This document shows, piece after piece, positions 37,418 through 45,169 of a stretch of DNA of 64,000 nt (within the stretch, counting starts at the first letter, position 1; every line of letters begins with the position of its first letter). The DNA lies in NCBI GenBank assembly GCA_024696155.1, contig JAILHD010000035.1, forward strand, positions 20,420 through 84,419, written 5' to 3'. Below the pieces are notes generated by a model, which did no database searches, was not told the origin of the DNA, and saw only the letters and a program-made list of their open reading frames with translations. The position numbers were made by a program, and so were the translations under genes. This DNA comes from Treponema sp. (lineage in GTDB: Bacteria > Spirochaetota > Spirochaetia > Treponematales > Treponemataceae).

Positions 37418-37936
37418 TTATTTGCCGTAATATCTATCATTCGATTCTTGAATCAGTCTTTTGTATTCTTCATCATCTTCGATATATCGGGTATCTTTGA
37501 TATTAAAGTAGCCGTAATCAGAACCGAAAACACAACAGCCTTTACCAATTCTTTCATTCAAAGTTTTGCCGGATTCTGCATAAGCTCCGTCTTTCACTTC
37601 TCGTCTATGTTCTGAAAGCCATTGCCAGACTGTATGCCATTCGTCACGAAGTATAGAAGCACGCTCCGCCATTCGCTTTAGACGTTCTCTTTTTTCTTTT
37701 TGTTCTGCACAGACTTTTTTACGATGTTCTTTTGCTTTTGATTTTTTATCTTCAAGTTCTTCTGCTGTCATTGGTCGAACGTTATCTGGCGAAGCATACC
37801 AAGAACAAACATTACAGAACTGATTTGACCAGAGTTCAACAGCTTTTGAACGGTCTATAATTACATACCCAGCTTTTGCCCACTGGTTTTCCGTTTTCCA
37901 ATCCTTGTATTCAAGGTAATATCCTTTTACTTTCAT
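37418..37936 (-). CDS. Hypothetical protein with two short W-rich motifs joined by a coiled coil
   Basis: WKTENQWAKAG and WHTVWQWLSEH segments; the RBS GAGG lies just after a palindrome copy. Confidence 0.75.
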   Translation of the reverse strand: MKVKGYYLEYKDWKTENQWAKAGYVIIDRSKAVELWSNQFCNVCSWYASPDNVRPMTAEELEDKKSKAKEHRKKVCAEQKEKRERLKRMAERASILRDEWHTVWQWLSEHRREVKDGAYAESGKTLNERIGKGCCVFGSDYGYFNIKDTRYIEDDEEYKRLIQESNDRYYGK

Positions 37937-37939
37937 TAC

Positions 37940-38092
37940 TTACCTCTCAACCGACAGCTGTCGGTCGTCATTATTTTCCTCTTCAATATAATCGCATACA
38001 TCTGCACATACGGATGGATTAATACAACAAGGAAACTTAAGACAACATTTCTGGCATACATTTTCAATCGCTTTTACAAGTTCATTAGACAA
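37940..38092 (-). CDS. Small Cys-rich protein (50 aa, 7 Cys; not in the ORF track)
   Basis: TAAGGAG RBS and TTG start; MSNELVKAIENVCQKCCLKFPCCINPSVCADVCDYIEEENNDDRQLSVER fills the gap between two co-oriented genes. Confidence 0.6.
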   Translation of the reverse strand: MSNELVKAIENVCQKCCLKFPCCINPSVCADVCDYIEEENNDDRQLSVER

Positions 38093-38103
38093 CTTACTTC
38101 TCC

Positions 38104-38748
38104 TTAAGAATTATATTTATCAATTAATTCCTGCATTTCAATTTCTGTTTTTGAAATACTATTTTCTAAATTTGTAATATCTATTTCTTGGTTTTCTAAT
38201 ACATTATTAAATTCAATTTCTGAATTTTTATATCTAAGCCAAGCTTCATATTTAGGAATATCTTCTTCAGATAAAATTGATTCTTCCTTTGCATATGTTT
38301 TGTGAGATTTAATATCTTTCTCTAATTTTTCTACAATAGGAGTAAGTTCTTTTATCCTCCTGTCACAAAAATATAAATCAAAAATTAAACCATCTATATT
38401 TGGCAACTTCTCATTTTTATTCTGTTTTCCAGTGCTATTAAATTTAAGAAGCCCTTCTGTTGTTTTTTCCTTAAGATGTTCCAAATTTGCTATTTCTTTT
38501 AAAACTTTACTAAGACGTTTTTTTAAACAAGCTAAAATATAATTATCTAAAAAAAGATATTCTTCATAATCAGTTTTATGAAAATATATCATCATAAACA
38601 GGGAATCAATTTCTTTAGGAAATCGTATATATCGAACATTATTATTTTCTTCTGCTCTCAAAATTTCATTTGTATTTGGCTGTAATTGATTTACACTTTG
38701 CTTCAGAGCTTCAATTTCCAATAAAATTTGTTCTTTTGTTTTCATCAT
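38104..38748 (-). CDS. Hypothetical coiled-coil protein
   Basis: ORF from the track; start moved to ATG 38748, which follows the GAGG RBS. Confidence 0.7.
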   Translation of the reverse strand: MMKTKEQILLEIEALKQSVNQLQPNTNEILRAEENNNVRYIRFPKEIDSLFMMIYFHKTDYEEYLFLDNYILACLKKRLSKVLKEIANLEHLKEKTTEGLLKFNSTGKQNKNEKLPNIDGLIFDLYFCDRRIKELTPIVEKLEKDIKSHKTYAKEESILSEEDIPKYEAWLRYKNSEIEFNNVLENQEIDITNLENSISKTEIEMQELIDKYNS

Positions 38749-38752
38749 ATTT

Positions 38753-39364
38753 TTACCTCTCAACCGACAGCTGTCGGTTCAAATCTATAAAAACACCAGA
38801 AAAATTAAAAAGCTTATGCCTACCATTACCTGCAGCCCTTTTTAATAATTCTTTCTTTGCTTCTTCAATCAAAGGAAGCAATGTGTATTTTTCATTGGTA
38901 CAAAACTTACTTAAAACTGCTTCTATATTTTCAATCTCAACCAAAGAAAAACTAACAGAAACTGGAGTACAAATTCTTAAAGCACTTGCCCAAGATGAAA
39001 ACCATTTAATATAAGTTTGAACTCGTATTTTTTCCATTTCGATTATTTTCTTATACTCTTCTTCTGTGTTTAATATAGATTTCTCTCTTAAACAAAAAAG
39101 ATAAAAAAATGGTTCATAGCCACCTTTGGATTCTGAATATTCAAAAAAAAGTCTACGCATTATTCCAGAATAATTTCTTAAATAATTTTTATTTTTATTC
39201 CGTACAATTCTCCCCCATGCAATAAACATCTTATCAACGTAATCAGCAAGCTCAGCTTCATCATTTGAGTAAACGCCTGTTTTTAATTTAATCACATAAA
39301 CAGAATAATTCTTTTTTTGAATCAGGTTCAAAATCATTTTTTGCATTCGTTTATTCAAATACAT
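38753..39364 (-). CDS. Degenerate pC194/Rep_1-family rolling-circle Rep homologue (predicted inactive)
   Basis: Motif order matches Rep_1 (GIMRR.....YEPFFYL, W..W..AL, SKFCT, HKLFNFSGVF), but HUH reads FFY and the catalytic Tyr position reads Phe. Confidence 0.55.
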   Translation of the reverse strand: MYLNKRMQKMILNLIQKKNYSVYVIKLKTGVYSNDEAELADYVDKMFIAWGRIVRNKNKNYLRNYSGIMRRLFFEYSESKGGYEPFFYLFCLREKSILNTEEEYKKIIEMEKIRVQTYIKWFSSWASALRICTPVSVSFSLVEIENIEAVLSKFCTNEKYTLLPLIEEAKKELLKRAAGNGRHKLFNFSGVFIDLNRQLSVER

Positions 39365-40227
39365 TTCTACCTCTTTTTTTATTCCGACCGACAGCTGTCG
39401 GTTAATTCCGACATCACTCAGTCAAGATAATACGATACCGTAAAAATGTATTTATTACAATATTGTATTGTTTATGCAATATTACTTTATCTACATTTTA
39501 ATCCTACCTGACATCCTGAACAAAAACAATAAAAATTATTGTGTTACAAACTTATAATAGAAGAAAATAATCTTTGTAATTGCTGAAAATATAACGTAAC
39601 ACAATTAACCGCTGACAATACCGTAATTTAACAGGGCTTGTAACACAAACCATTATCTTGCCGTCAAGGTTAGTATATTTTTATTAGTTAATATATTTTT
39701 AAATAAATTTATTAAGAACCGACAGCTGTCGGTCGGAACTTATAAAAAAACGGCTTCGCCTTACATTTACCGAGCGTAGCCGTAAAGAACCGACACGTGT
39801 CGGTTCTTAGAAATTAAGAAAATGGAAATACTTACAAAATCGAGCGGAGCGAAGTTACTACGAAATCTTTGCACAGCCCGGCGTTTTTAGAAATGAACTC
39901 ATCATCTGGATATTTGTTTTCTTTCTCAAAACTGTCCTAAGCATGTTTAATTGGACAATCTTTTTGAAAACCAAAATTTTTGCAAAAAGTACAATCATTA
40001 AACTCTGCAATTCCGTAAATAAAATCTTTTAATTCTGTATTCATTTTTTGAATACCCCTTTGTTATTTATAATTAAATTTTACAATACTAAAATCAAAAT
40101 GTAATTAAAGTGCCACTTTAATTTTTATAATATTATTTTTGTTTTTTAATATTAATTTACCTATATTGAAAAATTCAGAAATTTATGATTAAATAAATCA
40201 TGCTCTGCCCACCAGAAGGAGCATAAT
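39365..40227. other. Large divergent intergenic region; candidate oriT/origin and control region
   Basis: 863 bp with no long ORF; three palindrome copies (one extends to 24 bp, 39785-39808), TTATCTTG motifs at 39422-39430 (minus) and 39653-39660 (plus), GC-rich hairpin 39751-39782. Confidence 0.5.
40204..40213 (+). promoter_or_regulatory. TCTGCCCACC box upstream of topB
   Basis: Directly before the AAGGAG RBS; identical to the boxes at virD4 and virB8. Confidence 0.6.
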
Positions 40228-42405
40228 TTGCTTATCCTTACGGAAAAGCCATCAGTTGCAAAAGACTTTGCAACTGCATTAAACTGCACTTTTACTAAAG
40301 GTGCGTATATAAATAAAACCACTGTAATTACAAACTGTGTTGGTCATTTATTCAAGGAAGAAGTTCCAGCTCATTACAGAGCTGACTACCCTGTTATCCC
40401 GGAACACTGGGACTACAAATTACCAGAAGATGAAAATCTTGCCAAACACGCAAAGTTTGTAATTTCTCTATTAAAATCCCATAAGAACGACACAATTATA
40501 ATTGCCACTGATGCAGACCGTGAAGGTGAGATTATTGCACGTGAATGTCTGGAACAGGCAGGCATCAAAGACTTTTCTAAATGCAAAAGATTCTGGGTTT
40601 CTCAGGCTCTTACAAAACCTGTAATTCTTCAAGGACTGGAAAATGCAAAACCTCTGGAAGAATATAATCTTCTTGCTTCTCAGGGCTTTGCCCGCCAGCA
40701 CGCTGACTGGCTTGTGGGCATGAACTTCTGCCGTTATATCTCAAATGCTGCAAACACAAAGCTTACAGTTGGAAGAGTTCAGACAGCAATTCTTTCTGCA
40801 ATTAAACAGCGTTGTGATGAAATCGAAAACTTTGTAAGTAAAAAATACTTTCAGCATTATGGATATTTCCGACCGACAGCTGTCGGTTCTAATAATATCT
40901 GCAAAGGTATTTATTTTGAATCAGATGGCGGTTTTTGGAATAAATCATTTGACGATGATTCACGTAAAGAAAACTTAAAAAGTTGTATTGGAAAATCAGC
41001 AAAATTAAAAGACAGTAAGACTGAAAAGAAAGTAAAAAATCCTCCACAGCTTTATAATTTAAACGCTGCACAAAAAGATGCTTTTAAGTTCTTTGGATAT
41101 TCCGCAGATAAAACCTTAAAAATCATTCAGTCATTATATGAAGAATTAAAATGCGTTTCATATCCAAGAACACCGTCAAGAGTTATGGGAAGCGGAAACG
41201 TTGAGCTTTGTAAGAAAGTTGCTGACGAACTTTGTGATTCATATAAAGACTTTGAAAAGGTAAGAGGGCAGATGAATATATCTCTCTCAAATAAGAAGTG
41301 CTTTAATGATGCAAAACTTGAAGCTCACCACGCTTTAATTCCGTTAAAAGCTCTTCCAAAATCAGCCAGCGAAGAACAGTCAAATCTTTATAAACTTATT
41401 CTGGAAAGATTTTTTGTTGCTTTTCTGCCGGAAGAACAATATGAAAAACAGACGTACATCCTTGATGTAGATGCCAACCTTTTTGAAATAACAGGAAAGA
41501 AAGTAATTTCAGCTGGATGGAAAACTCCTGAGTTTTCAGAAATCTTTAAGTATTTATCAACCGACCGACAGCTGTCGGTTCAGGAAGATGAGGAAAATGA
41601 AGAAGATGAGCAGTCATTGGATAACATAAACTGGAACGCTCTTATTCTTTCTGATATTGAAACAAAAGAGAAATGGACTAGACCACCTGCATATTTTAAC
41701 GAAGCCAGTATTTTGTCGTTTATGGAAAATCCAACAAATTCACCTGTGATTGAGCATTCAGAAAATACTGATAAATTAAGAACTTTGATGGTTGTTCCAA
41801 TACGTTCTGGCAGAGGTGTTTCTACAGTTATGCCAACAATCAAAACAAAACTTGTTGGACTTGGAACAGCAGCAACTCGTCATACTTTCATTCCGCTTCT
41901 TCTTAAACGTGGTTATATTGCTTTTGACAAAAAAAACATTGTCTGCACAGATTTAGGCTCTGTACTTCTACAAGCTGTAAAAAATTCTTCAATAAAAGAA
42001 CTTGCTGACATTTATACCACAACAGATTGGGAAGAGCGTCTGGACAGAAATCCTGAAGAATATCTTTCCCAAATTAAAGATTATGTTCGTAATGCCGTAA
42101 AAGAGAACGTTTCTATTAGTATCCCTGTTTCCACAAGCGGGATTAAATGTCCCGTTTGTGGAAAAGATATCCGCAAAGGAAAGTCAAACTGGTACTGCAC
42201 AGGCTATAAAGAGGGCTGCAAATTTACTCTCTGGGAAAATGTAGCCGGAGCAAAGCTGACGGAAAAAGATGTAATCAATTTATGCAGCGGAAAAAAGACA
42301 GGAGTTAAGCACTGTGAGGGTAAGACTGGGAAAGCTTTTGACTGCAAGTTTGAACTTGATGAAGAAAACAAAATCAGATTTGTATTTGGGAGAAGAGATG
42401 AATAA
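40228..42405 (+). CDS. topB: ICE-type DNA topoisomerase III (type IA)
   Basis: LTEKPSVA, ATDADREGE, GRVQT, SYPRT (catalytic Tyr), HHALIP, GLGT.ATR, C-terminal Zn ribbon CPVCG. Confidence 0.93.
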   Translation: MLILTEKPSVAKDFATALNCTFTKGAYINKTTVITNCVGHLFKEEVPAHYRADYPVIPEHWDYKLPEDENLAKHAKFVISLLKSHKNDTIIIATDADREGEIIARECLEQAGIKDFSKCKRFWVSQALTKPVILQGLENAKPLEEYNLLASQGFARQHADWLVGMNFCRYISNAANTKLTVGRVQTAILSAIKQRCDEIENFVSKKYFQHYGYFRPTAVGSNNICKGIYFESDGGFWNKSFDDDSRKENLKSCIGKSAKLKDSKTEKKVKNPPQLYNLNAAQKDAFKFFGYSADKTLKIIQSLYEELKCVSYPRTPSRVMGSGNVELCKKVADELCDSYKDFEKVRGQMNISLSNKKCFNDAKLEAHHALIPLKALPKSASEEQSNLYKLILERFFVAFLPEEQYEKQTYILDVDANLFEITGKKVISAGWKTPEFSEIFKYLSTDRQLSVQEDEENEEDEQSLDNINWNALILSDIETKEKWTRPPAYFNEASILSFMENPTNSPVIEHSENTDKLRTLMVVPIRSGRGVSTVMPTIKTKLVGLGTAATRHTFIPLLLKRGYIAFDKKNIVCTDLGSVLLQAVKNSSIKELADIYTTTDWEERLDRNPEEYLSQIKDYVRNAVKENVSISIPVSTSGIKCPVCGKDIRKGKSNWYCTGYKEGCKFTLWENVAGAKLTEKDVINLCSGKKTGVKHCEGKTGKAFDCKFELDEENKIRFVFGRRDE

Positions 42406-42811
42406 CACAGACTCACTAAATGAATCAGTAACAAAAGGAACCTTATACCGCTATGGTTTTGATAGACACAATACAGCCAATAAAATATGTGCTGTCCTTA
42501 AATATCTTTTTCTCACGCATCCCAATTTACAGATGCCGGAACTAAGAGGTATTTTTGAGCAGAAATTTGCGGCAAATCTCCTTACTGAAATAATATTAAA
42601 CTCACGATGGTATAAGGATTCAGTTACGATAGTGGACGAATTATCTTTTTTCAGTAAGGATGACTATACTTATACATTCAATAAGTTTCTTACTTTATAT
42701 GATGAACTTTCAGAATACATAAAGAAAGTAAATGTTAATTTATCCATAGAAAGTTTTTCATCAAATTATGACGGTGGTTATTATGGTGAAATATACGACA
42801 ATGCAAAGTAG
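42398..42811 (+). CDS. Hypothetical protein
   Basis: ATG 42398 overlaps the topB stop; followed by a palindrome copy. Confidence 0.65.
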   Translation: MNNTDSLNESVTKGTLYRYGFDRHNTANKICAVLKYLFLTHPNLQMPELRGIFEQKFAANLLTEIILNSRWYKDSVTIVDELSFFSKDDYTYTFNKFLTLYDELSEYIKKVNVNLSIESFSSNYDGGYYGEIYDNAK

Positions 42812-42946
42812 ATAAGCGACCGACACGTGTCGGTTATAAGGAGAATAGAGATATGAACAAACAAATTCAACTAAAAGCATCAAAAACAAACAAATAGAAT
42901 AAGTTTTTAGGAAAAAAGAAAACTTAATTATAAGGAAGGTTAAAAA

Positions 42947-43537
42947 ATGATTACATTAGATTACTATGATGATAATACGGTCAGAGACAATGCCGTATTT
43001 TTTACGTTGAATAAGATTTTTGCAATCGTCATTGCGTCTTATTTGTCGATTGGTTTTTCCATATATAAGCTTTATAAATTTGAACTTGAAGGAAATACTC
43101 AGACTGCTCAGATTGCTTTTTTTGTAAGCATTTTGGCAATTAGTTTCATGACAGTTTTTATTTGTATGATGCTTTATTTTAACAGACGTGATAATGAATT
43201 ATATTCAAGAAATGACCTTATGAAGCTTAAAAGAAATTACGAATCTGAAAGAGAAAAGGTTCTGAAAGAACATAGTTATAATTATTCTATTTTTACCATT
43301 TATTGGGATACTATTGATAAGGAAATATTTTGCGATACTTTTTCAGTGGATAATAACGGTTATGTATATATTATGAACTCTGATTCTGATGCTGTACTTG
43401 ATGAATCTGAAAATAACAAAGAAAAATATCATCACATAGTTGATAACCGTGACGGCCATACCCTTACTGTAAAAGAACTGAAAGAAAAGTACCTATCAGA
43501 AAATATTAATGGTAAATCACAAAAAGAAGGTAATTAA
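42947..43537 (+). CDS. Hypothetical membrane protein (2 TM)
   Basis: Two hydrophobic segments; AAGGAAGG RBS. Confidence 0.7.
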   Translation: MITLDYYDDNTVRDNAVFFTLNKIFAIVIASYLSIGFSIYKLYKFELEGNTQTAQIAFFVSILAISFMTVFICMMLYFNRRDNELYSRNDLMKLKRNYESEREKVLKEHSYNYSIFTIYWDTIDKEIFCDTFSVDNNGYVYIMNSDSDAVLDESENNKEKYHHIVDNRDGHTLTVKELKEKYLSENINGKSQKEGN

Positions 43538-43627
43538 TGTTTTAAACCTATTTTTTATTCAGAGGGGGAGTAAATAAAATGAATAAACTTCAATGTTTAA
43601 GGCAGACTGCAAAAGATTTTATCAAAA

Positions 43628-43729
43628 ATGAGTAGAGAATTTTTATATATTTTATTTCCAGCGTTAGTTGGGGTTCTTTTTTATTACTATTGGAATAATG
43701 AAGATGAAGATGGTGATTCAAATAAATAG
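43628..43729 (+). CDS. Small single-TM peptide (33 aa)
   Basis: MSREFLYILFPALVGVLFYYYWNNEDEDGDSNK; its stop is 1 nt before a palindrome copy. Confidence 0.45.
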   Translation: MSREFLYILFPALVGVLFYYYWNNEDEDGDSNK

Positions 43730-43774
43730 AACCGACAGCTGTTGGTCAAAATAAAAAGTTTTAGGAAATATAAA

Positions 43775-44149
43775 ATGAAAAAGTTAATAAGTTTAATAAT
43801 GATTGTTTGTGTTTATGCAACAAATCATTATTTTGAAAGAATACTGGGAATAGAAATCACAGTTGAAAACAAAATTATTTCAGCGATAACTGTAATATTA
43901 ATTTGCAGTTTTGAAATCATTTGGGAAATAATAGAAAAAATTGAATTCAAAAAGTTATCAAAATTTAGTGGGCAAGACTTATCAAATTTTAATTTGGAAG
44001 CTCTAAGCAATTTAAATAAAAAATATTTAAGATTTAGTAGAGGAATAATTTTTTGTTCAAAAATCAGACATAAAGAACTTGCAAAAGAAGCTGATAGAAT
44101 ACAGGATGAAATCATAACCAGAATATTTCTGAATGATGGGAATTTATGA
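43775..44149 (+). CDS. Hypothetical membrane protein bracketed by palindromes
   Basis: MKKLISLIMIV... with two hydrophobic stretches; palindromes at 43731 and 44150. Confidence 0.65.
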   Translation: MKKLISLIMIVCVYATNHYFERILGIEITVENKIISAITVILICSFEIIWEIIEKIEFKKLSKFSGQDLSNFNLEALSNLNKKYLRFSRGIIFCSKIRHKELAKEADRIQDEIITRIFLNDGNL

Positions 44150-44203
44150 ACCGACAGCTGTCGGTTGAGTAGGTGAGCAATAATTATTTAATAATAGAAA
44201 AAC

Positions 44204-44245
44204 AAAACCGTCTGGTCCGTGTAATTGCACGGATCAGACGGTTTT
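44204..44245. terminator. Bidirectional terminator
   Basis: AAAACCGTCTGGTCCGTG/CACGGATCAGACGGTTTT stem with A/T flanks, between convergent genes. Confidence 0.8.
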
Positions 44246-44255
44246 TATTTTAGAA

Positions 44256-45134
44256 TTAATCTTCTTCTATTACTTCGATTCCGTTATCTTGCCTTGTTTC
44301 ATCATCTTTTATTTCCAGAGCAGGTTTATCATTTGCATTCAAAGGACTTACAACAGATTTTCCAATTCTGGATTCAATATCTGTACGAGCATTCTTTGCA
44401 ACACTTCCACCTTCTTTTGCAATTGAAAGGCTTTTCCCAAAGGTTTCGGGTTCTTTTGATTTTGAAATTGCCGTAGTAGTAACTTCTGCGAGCATATTCA
44501 AAACCAATTCGATGTTTGTCATATTATCTCGTAAATTTTCTTTTTTTAGTCCCTTAAGTTTTTTGTATTCTTTTACAGACAGTCCACTCCAGGCTTTTGT
44601 CATTTCATTTGTAAGAATGGCATAATCCTTTTCCTGCTCAATTCCACGAGCTTTCCATTCATCCGTCAGTTCTTTACGCATTTCAATAGTCTGTAAACGC
44701 TGATTAATCCAGTTTTCTGTATAACCTTTGGCACGATAGAAATCAGCACCACGAATAATTGCTTTCTCAGGGTCTGCAATTTCGTCTAATCGCTCTGAGC
44801 CAACCTGCGCCAACCAAAGCTTAAATGGTTCTGCTTTTGGTGAGGGGATAGACTGAATAAGCCGAAGTAGCTGCTTTGTATCAGCAACATCAGTAAGTCT
44901 CATTTTTCCGTCTTGCGCTGGCATTTTCAAACCGTGACAATTTGTCACGGTTTGATTTCCTTCTTCTTTCAAACGCTGTTTAAGTTTACGCCAGTAAGCA
45001 ACAGCATCTTTACTATCTGTTAATACAGCAACTACATCTACTATCGAGAAATACCAGTCTTCTTTATCTTCGTCCCAAACAGTTCGAACGTTTTTATTTT
45101 CAAATACCTTTATTTTATTTACAGTCATAATCAA
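44256..45134 (-). CDS. Bro-N domain (phage antirepressor-like) protein
   Basis: VRTVWD...WYFSIVDVV..LTDS...YWRKLKQRL...DGK.RLTDVA...LRLIQSIPSPKAEPFKLWLA. Confidence 0.85.
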   Translation of the reverse strand: MIMTVNKIKVFENKNVRTVWDEDKEDWYFSIVDVVAVLTDSKDAVAYWRKLKQRLKEEGNQTVTNCHGLKMPAQDGKMRLTDVADTKQLLRLIQSIPSPKAEPFKLWLAQVGSERLDEIADPEKAIIRGADFYRAKGYTENWINQRLQTIEMRKELTDEWKARGIEQEKDYAILTNEMTKAWSGLSVKEYKKLKGLKKENLRDNMTNIELVLNMLAEVTTTAISKSKEPETFGKSLSIAKEGGSVAKNARTDIESRIGKSVVSPLNANDKPALEIKDDETRQDNGIEVIEED

Positions 45135-45169
45135 TCCTTTTTTATTATTATTAATTCTAATAGAAAAAT

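Larger units (their letters stand above)
37377..44165. repeat. Dispersed cluster of 11 copies of the palindrome ACCGACA(GC/CG)TGTCGGT
   Basis: Copies start at 37377, 37950, 38763, 39387, 39718, 39789, 40872, 41564, 42819, 43731 (one mismatch) and 44150. Confidence 0.95.

Noticed and set aside
37377-44165. Palindrome cluster as a CRISPR array
   Set aside because: Spacing is irregular (about 70 to 1,250 bp) with whole genes in between, the repeat is only 16 bp, and no cas genes are present.
37377-44165. Palindromes as simple intrinsic terminators
   Set aside because: Most lack U-tracts, they have no loop spacer, and three family copies lie well inside coding sequence; separate conventional terminators exist (e.g. 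44204-44245).
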